DNA of 64,000 nucleotides from an uncultured Methanolobus sp. (GTDB lineage Archaea; Halobacteriota; Methanosarcinia; Methanosarcinales; Methanosarcinaceae): NCBI GenBank assembly GCA_963675495.1, contig OY776215.1, positions 1 to 64,000 of the forward strand, read 5' to 3'. Shown piece by piece: positions 40,201 to 48,284 of this stretch (position 1 is its first letter; each line of letters starts with the position of its first letter). The notes under the pieces were generated by a model. It saw only the letters and a program-made list of their open reading frames with translations, ran no database searches and was not told where the DNA came from. The position numbers and the translations under genes were made by a program.

Positions 40201-40702
40201 CTTTCAGGGGATCAAGGTCGTTGTTTATTTCAAAGAGGTCGTCCAGTTGGTCAAAATCTGAATCCGTGTTATTAATGTCAGTTCCCAGAACCAGTTCTAC
40301 AGAATCAGGGATACCGTCACCATCTTTATCTGGACCATACTTTTCCTGACTCAAATTTATATCTGAAAAATTTGTCGCAAGCGCTTTAAGTTCTGGAAAT
40401 GATTCATTATCGTTTTCGTCACTTACATTAATTGGTATCGCAGCCATTAAAGCATCAATATCTACATCAGAATCGCGCTGGTTGGCAAAGGCAATAGATT
40501 GAGCTAAAGCATTTAATGCTGAAACTTCAGAGGGCGTTATAGTCGTTGATTCAATAGAGGAATTAGAAAAATAATTATCATTAGATGCAGCTAATGCCGG
40601 ATAAGCACTTGATCCTATCAGTAGTATAATTGTGCAGAATGCAAAAAGCTGAAGAGCTTTTCCGTGATAATCATTACATATCCTGGCTATTTTAGCAGCC
40701 AT
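34274..40702 (-). CDS. Giant (2142 aa) cell-surface protein with Ca-binding DxDxDG repeats, ricin-B and fascin-like domains, a central hydrophobic region and a PGF-CTERM-like anchor
   Basis: Signal peptide; more than 20 D[TS]DxDGLxD repeats; three QLW/KCLE ricin-type repeats; ALKTSNGKYV and ALKAFSGQYVCAEGGG fascin motifs; VPGY-TM-KRKR C-terminus. Confidence 0.85.
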   Translation of the reverse strand: MAAKIARICNDYHGKALQLFAFCTIILLIGSSAYPALAASNDNYFSNSSIESTTITPSEVSALNALAQSIAFANQRDSDVDIDALMAAIPINVSDENDNESFPELKALATNFSDINLSQEKYGPDKDGDGIPDSVELVLGTDINNTDSDFDQLDDLFEINNDLDPLKADSNDDGLADYFEIVNGTSKDSDGDGFVDAWDLDNDNDGVIDALDLSPFSRSASNESFDFNIQSSGNPTYLNFQIRPENPEHLNLLAQSWDWPDDSLATMKDLNSSQDDVTVTPMLELTVPVDCKIVSVDNGECIQIHNGSLDGEVNVNTDNYRGEDYQLWKLESADDNYYRIISKNNSKCLEVFNSSLDDMANVTVGNYTGEDNQLWELELGNDGFYKLISKHSEKCLEINSTNDTCIFQNSSQETDKQLWEIELVGGITSDPNALEEYGIVTTLDKAYISLSPVKDFGNIVALNGRMFYPKNSSLDTFTQARLVWIVKGQTDREKRVSLQANKGQYVSVDATTSELVARGISVTNNEIFEIVYLNNNEVALKTSNGKYVYVTDGGELIGNSTDIDEVATFELLDLEDNRIALKAFSGQYVCAEGGGGNELIANRDERKEWESFTLLTHEYESVSTTLAKYNENFMLTGFSVEENDGTNFGVFFSEETDKNENINRTVESAILLSYSFLRSQTALDQMPGKLQNDYNMTINSMLGYADHQDEALATITGEMTPDALSSLPDDEILPVIALFEDYFRTSIMDDINPGISASGNSFDIDLTDQPLFTTKSMKMTWYNTSTDKSVDSEDMLYAVQEWGDYLDEKTLATTMALMIIWETGETGVAKADNSEQDFAFKEALDVISTISYYGIGSLGVCLGLMVFGQAAYSAIKLSNIVPNISSTWGDFTWIYGQLKGVKSTGKTPIMKWAGKFNRWAEALDIAGMVLDIGLAIIAWIVIACEENWNGYGFALGGLYASLKIIYTLALYFIGLIPVIGWLIVGIILLSDLVTWIIFGKGWSDMIIDWIVGKFLGVNMITDADLKMLSTDVHIKDYKDNGLTEGDGICVESQYKGIITKGLGASDTKLKKSYIIPKYECSSLHTLSSNSSTTEGTTIYRDNAKETEYQAKLWVYPDATINFPFEFWLRSDYKIYYEKYVLILFWKVYNEYSDESTKKTDPSTLYFDVLPDDIESFYTWTAISSNDIDGDDILNSDELSNGTSQLRWDTDNDGLSDKYEIDYGTIPVNGDTDGDGLEDGLELRYGYDPLEWDTDGDGLNDFEEHRGWDIEFEFYDETFEQHVWSSPLNNDSDDDGLSDLNEFLKGLNPQSGDTNGNGILDSTDLNFTAKAYISNVDLNGFGSSIKTDAETNITAVIDYTLIGKKNSTGNASACWLFVSLDNSTLHEEIYNGTPAIGNETYGSATLDFSAPNSTDVFALRFYQTWNISQPAPDEDDRNLIGVIDTLDYPARRAGWVSSGKDEDRDGLIDINEEIGWSVTIITNYTIDNYTSITNYTDIGNYAEIHTIDVTSDPRFKDSDFDGLDDHTECYLTMNSSSNPESSDTDGDGLNDFTEYYLGTNLTNFDTDGDALDDSTEIFFGSDSLIPDTDHDGLFDSAEFYLSSNPLKVDTDNDGLTDLEEVTFGSDLLKPDSDDDGLFDDLEMDYLSNPLVQDTDGDGLDDGYEVHGTGTSPLLKDTDFDGLTDFEELEMDTNPLSADTDRDGYNDSQEMNFTTNPLLEDTDGDNLNDSLDMDSLIPNVRNITVAYDLTEDNEELLDTLGMYTNITVYSADELLMNHSDEPCILLLGKPEKVNGTAGNITYDVLKDDGDILPRIIDSAYDRIAVRYGVWNSTQTVVMLSEPYMYDHCRILDAFRSKEVTTSGNSIMVEYKADKDIFVIDSVDSIKRTDSEIGVVLDSNVTPWIKLQKSGSSGNSLTSNSGLASGEYALDKYIDITVSENVENTSSDIINGASVKIYYRSSELDRNGDGDTSDNSDIDEDTLCIYYRNTGDKKWTKLSDTSINTENVELYGVNYEGYVQARISHLSSFALAGELNIEDDGPLDSDRDGLPNIVEYRMGTDPFNPDTDGDGIIDSEDAEPLTAFRTVLEDTDTGIETPPEETEIYPVPQEAPLTKNKSVPGYLMWLIFVVIILLLSYMVIFKRKR

Positions 40703-40950
40703 AGAGTTTAGTTCAACCCCCGTTGGAACCTTCTCAATTACTTAACATTTTAACCATCAACATATATTAACCTTCCGAAAAAGTTCGAATTGTCAATTAC
40801 ATTGTATATATATTTCAATAGAGTGGTAGTTTTGCTCGGTAGAAACCAATTTTATTTTTATCTATGCCATTAAATTTCTGCAAAAATCCGCACGAGGATA
40901 TTTTCTATAGGGTCTGTACTTTTATAGCGATAAAATGATTAACCAAGATA

Positions 40951-41005
40951 TTTCAAAAACATTTGAAACCATAATGTATAAATAGTATTTCAACATTATT
41001 TGAAA
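40951..41005. promoter_or_regulatory. Twin palindromic operators TTTCAA-N6-TTGAAA flanking the TATA box of the arsP operon
   Basis: 40951-40968 and 40988-41005; TATA tataaata between them; ATG at 41008. Confidence 0.7.
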
Positions 41006-41007
41006 CA

Positions 41008-42045
41008 ATGGTATCTAATCTTACTGATCTGGCTTACATAGGTTTTGCATCAGTTCAGGAGTATCTTGCACTCCACGTACTCCTGTGCCTGATACCTGCC
41101 TTTTTCCTGGCAGGTGCAATAGCATCGCTCTTCTCGAAAGAGTCCGTCCTGAAATTCTTCGGAGCTGACGCACCGAAATATGTTTCCTATACAGTTGCCG
41201 CTGTCTCCGGCTGTCTTCTGGCCGTATGCAGTTGTACCGTACTGCCCCTTTTTGCAGGAATATACAAAAGAGGTGCCGGTATCGGTCCCGCAACAACGTT
41301 CCTGTTCTCGGCCCCGGCTATTAACATACTTGCCATAGTCTACACTGCCAAGATACTCGGCTATGACCTTGGTGTTGCAAGGGCTGTGATCGCCATAACC
41401 CTTTCAATTGTCATTGGTCTTGTAATGGCCTTCATATATGAAAGGAACAATGGTGAAAGAAAGACCATTAAAACATTCGGTGAAGAGAAACATGCTCACA
41501 CTGTATGGCTGTTCCTTTTGCTCCTGGCAATCCTCGTAACACCTGAGATCTTCCCAACATGGAACCCCATGCTCTTCATTGAGATCCCATTGATACTTAT
41601 CACAATATATGTTTCCCTCAAGTGGTTCGACAGGGATGAACTGGAGAGCTGGATGGGAGAGACATGGTTCCTTATAAAGCAGATCACACCCCTGCTAATT
41701 ATAGGTGTGTTCTTTGCAGGCATCATTGTGGAGCTTCTTCCGGCAGAATACGTTGTGAAATATGTAGGAGGTGCCAGTGCTGGTTCCTATGTTATTGCAT
41801 CCGTATCAGCAGCCCTGATGTACTTCTCCACACTCACAGAGGTTCCTATAATAAGTGCACTCACCCTTCTGGGTATGGGTAAAGGTCCGGCACTGGCAAT
41901 GCTCCTTGCAGGTCCTGCTCTTAGTCTGCCGAATATGATAGTCATAAGCAGGATAATGGGTCTGCAGAAAGGTATGACGTATATCTCACTGGTAGTTGTG
42001 ATATCTGCCATATCTGGATATGTCTTTGGTATGTATATTATGTGA
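41008..42045 (+). CDS. ArsP/DUF318 family permease
   Basis: LAVCSCTVLPLFAG, FLFSAPAIN, MYFSTLTEVP, LLAGPALSLP. Confidence 0.92.
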   Translation: MVSNLTDLAYIGFASVQEYLALHVLLCLIPAFFLAGAIASLFSKESVLKFFGADAPKYVSYTVAAVSGCLLAVCSCTVLPLFAGIYKRGAGIGPATTFLFSAPAINILAIVYTAKILGYDLGVARAVIAITLSIVIGLVMAFIYERNNGERKTIKTFGEEKHAHTVWLFLLLLAILVTPEIFPTWNPMLFIEIPLILITIYVSLKWFDRDELESWMGETWFLIKQITPLLIIGVFFAGIIVELLPAEYVVKYVGGASAGSYVIASVSAALMYFSTLTEVPIISALTLLGMGKGPALAMLLAGPALSLPNMIVISRIMGLQKGMTYISLVVVISAISGYVFGMYIM

Positions 42046-42079
42046 TCACATAATCGAATAGAAAAGGTTTAACGATAAC

Positions 42080-42769
42080 ATGAAAATACTGCTGATATCC
42101 GATATTCATGGTAATAAGGAAGCACTTGATACAGTGCTGCAAGTCCCGCATGACATGGTCATGTGTCTTGGTGACCTTGCTGACTATGGTCCCTCTCCAT
42201 CCGAATGCATAGACCACATAATGCAGCAGGGGATAGAGACTGTCCTTGGTAACCACGATGCTGCCGTAGGTTCCAGGATGGAGTGTGGCTGTGGCTACAA
42301 GTACAAGCACCTTTCAGTTGCTACTAGAGACTATACCTGGGAGAACACAACAGAGGAGCAGATGGCATTCCTTCGTCAGCTTCCATTCAGTCTTGAAAAA
42401 GAGATTGATGGACTGAAGCTGTACTTCACCCACGGAAGTCCGCGTTCGAATTACGAATACATAAAACCGGAAACATCGGAAGAAGATCTTGAGGATATGG
42501 TATCTGATATCGATGCAGATGTGTTATTCATAGGTCATTCACATGTTCCTTTTGTAAGAACGCATAAGGATATGCTGGTAATTAACCCCGGCTCGGCCGG
42601 TCAGCCACGTGATGGGGATTGGCAAGCAAGTTGTGCTGTGTTCGACACTTGCACCAAGGAAACAGAGTTCATACGCCTTGAGTATGATATGTATCGTACC
42701 TGTGCGAAGATAGAGGTTAACATGCCTAACGCTGATGAACTGACAGCTATATTAAAGAGAGGATACTGA
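42080..42769 (+). CDS. Metallophosphoesterase (YfcE-like)
   Basis: SDIHGN, GDLADYG, GNHD, HGSP, GHSH, NPGSAGQPRDG. Confidence 0.92.
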   Translation: MKILLISDIHGNKEALDTVLQVPHDMVMCLGDLADYGPSPSECIDHIMQQGIETVLGNHDAAVGSRMECGCGYKYKHLSVATRDYTWENTTEEQMAFLRQLPFSLEKEIDGLKLYFTHGSPRSNYEYIKPETSEEDLEDMVSDIDADVLFIGHSHVPFVRTHKDMLVINPGSAGQPRDGDWQASCAVFDTCTKETEFIRLEYDMYRTCAKIEVNMPNADELTAILKRGY

Positions 42770-42813
42770 TATTCTCCTGTTAAGTTAGTTTCAAAATAAG
42801 GAGTATTTACAAA

Positions 42814-42996
42814 ATGGTGCTCATTACTGTTAAAGGTGACAAATGTACTGGCTGTGGTTCATGTGTAGATGCATGTCAGAATAACGTCCTTGAAATAAAG
42901 GATGGGATATGTTTTGCGGCAAGGCCGAGTCTATGCAAGTATTGTATTGATTGTGTGAGATCCTGCGACTTTCATGCTATAAACGTGATTATTTAA
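42814..42996 (+). CDS. 2x[4Fe-4S] ferredoxin
   Basis: CTGCGSCVDAC and CKYCIDCVRSC. Confidence 0.92.
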   Translation: MVLITVKGDKCTGCGSCVDACQNNVLEIKDGICFAARPSLCKYCIDCVRSCDFHAINVII

Positions 42997-43013
42997 ATTA
43001 AAGAGATGAAAAT

Positions 43014-43247
43014 ATGAAAATAGAGATATTAGGTACCGGTTGTCCTAAATGCAACAAGACGAAGAAGTTCGTTGAACAGGCTGTTGAGCAAGCAGGTGTT
43101 GATGCTGAGATCGTTAAGGTTGAGGATATGGATGGTATACTTGCATATGGTGTGCTAATTACTCCTGCTGTCGTTGTAGACGGCGATGTAAAGATCGTTG
43201 GCAGGGTGCCAAAGGTAGATGAGGTTATTGAATGGATAACACAGTAA
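43014..43247 (+). CDS. Thioredoxin-like redox protein (MTH895 family)
   Basis: MKIEILGTGCPKC, GVLITPAVVVDG..GRVP. Confidence 0.92.
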   Translation: MKIEILGTGCPKCNKTKKFVEQAVEQAGVDAEIVKVEDMDGILAYGVLITPAVVVDGDVKIVGRVPKVDEVIEWITQ

Positions 43248-43252
43248 TACCT

Positions 43253-43627
43253 ATGTCTGAGAATGCAAAGTGTTCATGTGGTGCTTCCATTGTAGGAATA
43301 TTCCCATGTGCCGGTGCGTCAAATGTCGGTCAGTTAAGCAATGCCGTTGCAGTTGAATTACATAAGCAAGGCGTTGGTAATATGATGTGTACTGTAGGGG
43401 TCGGTGGCAAAATAAACGGTCTTCTTAAGTCTGCAGAAGGCTGCGAGTCCATCATTGTAATCGATGGTTGCCCTCTTAAATGTGCAAAAGCAACAATGGA
43501 AAATGCAGGTATTCCAATTGGAAAACACATACTTCTGACTGATCTGGATATAAAAAAGAACAAGGATCTTGACCTTGACCCCACACAGGTTAAGGAATTT
43601 TTGTCTAAAGTATCGGAGCTGCTCTAA
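43253..43627 (+). CDS. DGC-domain putative zinc-binding protein
   Basis: FPCAGASNVGQ, IDGCPLKCA. Confidence 0.9.
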   Translation: MSENAKCSCGASIVGIFPCAGASNVGQLSNAVAVELHKQGVGNMMCTVGVGGKINGLLKSAEGCESIIVIDGCPLKCAKATMENAGIPIGKHILLTDLDIKKNKDLDLDPTQVKEFLSKVSELL

Positions 43628-43650
43628 AGCAGCTTCCACTAAATATTTTC

Positions 43651-44139
43651 TTATATTTCTACGATCTCAACACCAAGTTCAGGATCAAGAAGTGCCACAG
43701 TGCGTTTACCGGTGAGAACTCCGGCAGTCTCGCCCGGATTTATCAGTAAAGTGTCATTTATTTTAGTGACACCAGCATGATGCGTATGTCCCCTGACAAC
43801 GATGTCAAAATCTCCTGATTCTGCCATGGCAATAACAGGTGGCTCATATATTCCATGGATAAGTGCAATTCTTTTTCCGTCTAGTTGCAGGTCACCGAAG
43901 TCACCACAGCATTCAGCACCAATCTCGTCGAATTTCTGCTTCAGGAGTATCCTGTCGCCATCATTGTTCCCAAAAACAAAATACATATCTGCATCCAGTT
44001 TGCTGAAAGCTGTTGCTGTGAAAGGGGAAATTATATCTCCTGCATGAAGAACAGTTTTGACCTTCTTCCTGTTGAATAACTCAACGGCAGCCTTGATGGC
44101 ATCCATGTTATCATGTGAATCACTCATAATCCCTATCAT
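43651..44139 (-). CDS. Metallophosphoesterase (MJ0936 family)
   Basis: SDSHDN, HAGD, GNNDG, GHTH, INPGE. Confidence 0.92.
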   Translation of the reverse strand: MIGIMSDSHDNMDAIKAAVELFNRKKVKTVLHAGDIISPFTATAFSKLDADMYFVFGNNDGDRILLKQKFDEIGAECCGDFGDLQLDGKRIALIHGIYEPPVIAMAESGDFDIVVRGHTHHAGVTKINDTLLINPGETAGVLTGKRTVALLDPELGVEIVEI

Positions 44140-44153
44140 TTTTCTACCTCTCT

Positions 44154-44182
44154 TCTTTAAAGAAGGTGTGGACAGGATTTAT
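44154..44182. repeat. 29-bp direct repeat, left copy
   Basis: tctttaaagaaggtgtggacaggatttat, identical to 54895-54923. Confidence 0.9.
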
Positions 44183-44384
44183 TCTTTCGCTAACAAATTT
44201 CCATATTTTGAAAGACATATATTTTGCTATTGATTTGCCTATATTTATGTGCAGAATTATTCATATATTTAACTTTAAAGATAAGATGTATTAGGAAATG
44301 AATACCTATAAATACATCTCAGCTTCATCACTTAAATGGTCGATTATAAAATCAGTATGGAAACACGGGGAAGAATGATTAAAC

Positions 44385-45575
44385 ATGAGTGGAAAAATCG
44401 AATTGAACACGCCTTTAGAAAGTGATACAGCAGAACAAAAATCAATTGATGGAAATGATAAGCAATTCTTATGGCAAACTTCTACCGGTGAGCGTGTATT
44501 CCGCCATAATAATTCAATAATTATTGAATTACCATCGGGAAGAAGTACACTTACAACTTCATGGCTGAACGGTGGATACAGGGAAGACCTGAGATACATC
44601 TATAATCATCAGGTACTCCATGAGTGTGATGATTCACATGACACTGCATCTTTGGAGGGAGGGGACATATCAACTTATGCTTCAATAATCGCTGATAGAC
44701 TGGGATTGGAATCTGCATACTCCACCGGATTAATGACTGCAGCTAACATGCAAAATGTGGCAATATCAACTCATAGTTTCCGGGATTTAGAAGTAACAGC
44801 AGTCATCACAGGGGGAATAGAGATAAATGGGGGAAGAGCCGGAGACCCTGCTTCTTATTATCAGGAAGATGGACAGATCAAAATGATACCCGGTACCATA
44901 AACATTATTTTGCTCATCGGTGCCAATATCCCACACTACGCCATGGTAAATGCAGTTGTAACCGCAACTGAAGCCAAGACAGTTGCAATCCAGCAATTGA
45001 TGGCACAAAGTCAATATTCAGAAGGTATAGCCACAGGATCTGGAACCGATATGATAGCTGTCGTAGGCGATAAAACAAGTCCGATACATTTAAATGACGC
45101 TGGAAAACACTCCAAACTTGGAGAACTTATTGGAAAGTGCGTCATTGGAGCCACTCAAAAAGCACTTGCACAACAATCAGATCTTACTCCTCATTCCCAA
45201 TGTAATATGCTGGTACGTCTTGAAAGATTTGGTGTTGATGAAGATAAATACTGGAAAGCAGCTTCAGAAATGGAAGGAGAGAATCGCAAGGCTCAATTTA
45301 TAAGCGAACTAAGAATACTGGCAAAAAACCCTGGATTTGTTGCTACTACTTCATCTTTATTGCATATCGTCGATGAAATCGCATGGGGCTTGGTACCAGA
45401 AAAAGCCGGGAAACTGGCTGCATTTGCAACGATACGAGGAATTCCAGAAACACTATTAATAGAAGAATATCCTCCTTTTTCCAGGCTTCTCGATGAAAAA
45501 GATCCAATAATTGACAACTGGATACGTGTAACTGCATGGATTGCCAAAAATGGAATGTGTGGTGCACCTGAATGA
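44385..45575 (+). CDS. cbiZ: Adenosylcobinamide amidohydrolase CbiZ with C-terminal extension
   Basis: NGG, GLMTAANM, GTINII, TATEAK, ATGSGTD, GKHSKLGELIG. Confidence 0.88.
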   Translation: MSGKIELNTPLESDTAEQKSIDGNDKQFLWQTSTGERVFRHNNSIIIELPSGRSTLTTSWLNGGYREDLRYIYNHQVLHECDDSHDTASLEGGDISTYASIIADRLGLESAYSTGLMTAANMQNVAISTHSFRDLEVTAVITGGIEINGGRAGDPASYYQEDGQIKMIPGTINIILLIGANIPHYAMVNAVVTATEAKTVAIQQLMAQSQYSEGIATGSGTDMIAVVGDKTSPIHLNDAGKHSKLGELIGKCVIGATQKALAQQSDLTPHSQCNMLVRLERFGVDEDKYWKAASEMEGENRKAQFISELRILAKNPGFVATTSSLLHIVDEIAWGLVPEKAGKLAAFATIRGIPETLLIEEYPPFSRLLDEKDPIIDNWIRVTAWIAKNGMCGAPE

Positions 45576-46015
45576 AAAAAGAAAAACCTTTTTATCTTTT
45601 CACTTTTATAAGCAGGCAATAAGCTATAAAGAAGGCTCTGTTGTTCAATGTGATCTCTCCTGGAATTGTCGCCTGATTTCCTATAGGATCTCGATAAATG
45701 AGACACAAAATTCCCACTAAAATCAAGTGCTTAAGACAAGTTTTCCATTAATTCAAGCGTTCTTTTTCATGAGTGTTTGCGGGCAGGTATAGCATGTATG
45801 TAGAAATTTTTATCCTTGTTAATTTGATTTACACCGCATGAAATTTCCAAAATATTTCTGTACATAATGAATATTACATGCTCATTTTTTTTTGTTTCTG
45901 TTAGGACGTTTTCTCTGGATTCTCATCATAATGGATAACATATGTAAATATAACACAATGCTTTTATACACATATCTAATTAGTTATTCTCTAAAGTGCT
46001 AACAAGGAAATTACC

Positions 46016-47092
46016 ATGCTAAAAAGAATTCCTATTATTCTGGTCGTTACATTTCTGTTGCTTGTATCAAATGTTCAAGCATCAGACAACAATACAGTGG
46101 AATACCCAATAACCATCACCGATTTATCAGGTGCCAAGATTACGATTGAAAAGGAACCAAGGCGTATTGTATCACTGATGCCAAGTATAACTGAAATATT
46201 ATTCACAGTTGGTGCCGGAGACAAAATGGTTGGGGGTACTGAAGATGACATGTATCCACCCGAAGCCATCAACCTAACTAAAGTTGGAAGGTACACTACC
46301 ATCAATTATGAAACGGTTGCACAACTTGAACCTGATCTAGTAATACTTGATGAAGCAAATGGGGAGGAAACGATCAAACGTCTTGAAGAGCTTGATATAC
46401 AAACCATAATCATCAATCCAAAAACAATAGATGAGATCATAGAAAGTGTCCTCATTTTAGGAACGGTCACGAATAACGGAGAAACCGCACAGGATATAGC
46501 CGATGATATGAGGCAGATCGTCAATGAAGTAAAAGAAAGTACCAGCGACATACCTGATGAAAATAAACCCAAAGTTCTTTATATAGTATGGGATAATCCG
46601 ATGTATGCGGCAGGAGCAAATACTTACCCGAATGACCTGATTTCCATGGCCGGAGGAAAGAATATTGTTGAAGCAAGTGACTGGCCAATCATTAACATCG
46701 AAAATGTCGTTGATGCCAATCCACAAATAATAATATGTTCCGGAATGGGAGGACTATCCTATCAAATAATGAACAATACAAAAAACAACGAAGCACTTGA
46801 AACAATAGATGCAATCAAAAATGATCGGGTGTATCCAATTCATGATCCTAACCTCATAGAGCTATCCGGTCCCAGGATAGTTCAAGGACTCGAAGAACTA
46901 AATCTATACATGGGGTCCAGATGGGAACAAAAAGATTATAAAATCCTGACCAATGCCAGTCAGACACAGGCAGATACTACAGACGGTGGAGCTGAAGATA
47001 ATGGAAAGACAGCTGCACAAGCACCTGGCTTTGAAGTTTTTTGTGCGAGCTGCATGTTGATTCTTGGATTTATTGTACATAAGCGATACTAA
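46016..47092 (+). CDS. ABC substrate-binding protein (BtuF-like) with PGF-CTERM anchor
   Basis: YPITITD, PRRIVSL.PS.TEILF, AGGKNI, GPRIVQG; C-terminal APGF-TM-KR. Confidence 0.88.
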   Translation: MLKRIPIILVVTFLLLVSNVQASDNNTVEYPITITDLSGAKITIEKEPRRIVSLMPSITEILFTVGAGDKMVGGTEDDMYPPEAINLTKVGRYTTINYETVAQLEPDLVILDEANGEETIKRLEELDIQTIIINPKTIDEIIESVLILGTVTNNGETAQDIADDMRQIVNEVKESTSDIPDENKPKVLYIVWDNPMYAAGANTYPNDLISMAGGKNIVEASDWPIINIENVVDANPQIIICSGMGGLSYQIMNNTKNNEALETIDAIKNDRVYPIHDPNLIELSGPRIVQGLEELNLYMGSRWEQKDYKILTNASQTQADTTDGGAEDNGKTAAQAPGFEVFCASCMLILGFIVHKRY

Positions 47093-47120
47093 TACAGATT
47101 CAATATAAGGAATATTAAAA

Positions 47121-48284
47121 ATGCCTAAGTTAAATGGTTCCGTAAAAAGTTTGATATTTGCATTAGTTGCAATCCTTTTGGTCGTATTGGTTAGCAATAC
47201 TGCTATTGGAACCACTTATATACCGTCACTTCTGACAGCAAAGATAATCTACATAAACCTGCTTGAATTGATCGAAGAGACAATATCATGGGTAGCGTCA
47301 CTTACAGGTAATTCTCTCGAACTTTCTGATATTTTCAACAGGATTGCACCTGATCGCACATGGACCGATGGTCAGGAAATGATTATTGTAGGAATTCGGC
47401 TACCTCGCGTACTACTCGCTGCACTTGTGGGAGCAGCACTTGCTACTGCCGGGTGTACTATGCAAGGACTGCTGAAGAACCCACTTGCAGACCCTTATAT
47501 TATAGGAATGTCTTCCGGTGCAGCCCTTGGTGCAGCCATTGGTTTTACACTACTTTTACCAACGCAGTTGCTATCATTTATTGTTGCCACGATTACAATT
47601 TTCATCGTGTATAACATATCAAAAATTGGCGGAAAGGTTCCAGTAGATACACTACTTCTTGCAGGCATAGCAGTTGGTTTCTTCTTATCAGCACTGACCT
47701 CATTTTTCCTTTTTTTCTCGGAATCACTTCACCAGATAATCTACTGGATGATGGGAGGATTCTGGAATGCAAGCTGGGATAAAGTGAAAATTACAATGAT
47801 CATAGTGTTTGCAGGGATTGGATTATCCTATCGACACTCCTGGAACCTGAACGTTATGTTGCTGGGAGAAGAACAAGCTCAGTCCCTTGGAGTAAACATT
47901 GAAAGTGTAAAAAAGCAAATATTGTTGCTTTCTGCATTGATCACTGCTGCAGCAGTGTCTGTTAGTGGTATTATAGGATTTGTTGGCCTTATCATTCCTC
48001 ACATAATGCGCAACATCGTAGGACCGGATCATAGAAGCCTTTTGCCTGCTTCAACTTTGATGGGAGCTATTTTTTTGGTGATATCAGATACTTTTGCACG
48101 GACATTTCCTACCAAGATGCAGATGGTATTGGAGTCAAATGACATTCTGTTGTTTCAGTTAATACTTGAAAGGGTTGGATCCTTACAGGGAGTGGATCTT
48201 CCAGTAGGCATAATTACCGCTCTTTTTGGAGCTCCTTTTTTTATCTACCTTCTAAGAAAAAGGAGGAAAAGCATCTATGCTTGA
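47121..48284 (+). CDS. ABC permease (BtuC/FecCD family)
   Basis: IRLPRVL, NPLADPY, GEEQAQSLGV, GIIGFVGLIIPH, LPVGIITALFGAPFF. Confidence 0.92.
   Translation: MPKLNGSVKSLIFALVAILLVVLVSNTAIGTTYIPSLLTAKIIYINLLELIEETISWVASLTGNSLELSDIFNRIAPDRTWTDGQEMIIVGIRLPRVLLAALVGAALATAGCTMQGLLKNPLADPYIIGMSSGAALGAAIGFTLLLPTQLLSFIVATITIFIVYNISKIGGKVPVDTLLLAGIAVGFFLSALTSFFLFFSESLHQIIYWMMGGFWNASWDKVKITMIIVFAGIGLSYRHSWNLNVMLLGEEQAQSLGVNIESVKKQILLLSALITAAAVSVSGIIGFVGLIIPHIMRNIVGPDHRSLLPASTLMGAIFLVISDTFARTFPTKMQMVLESNDILLFQLILERVGSLQGVDLPVGIITALFGAPFFIYLLRKRRKSIYA

Noticed and set aside
34480-40340. DxDxDG repeats as a CRISPR array or non-coding repeat
   Set aside because: They are degenerate, in-frame coding repeats of a single long ORF
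45580-46010. Cobalamin riboswitch upstream of btuF; IS end at ggctctgttg (about 45634)
   Set aside because: No B12-box or conserved core recognised; the 10-mer resembles IS5/IS6 termini but has no partner repeat or transposase
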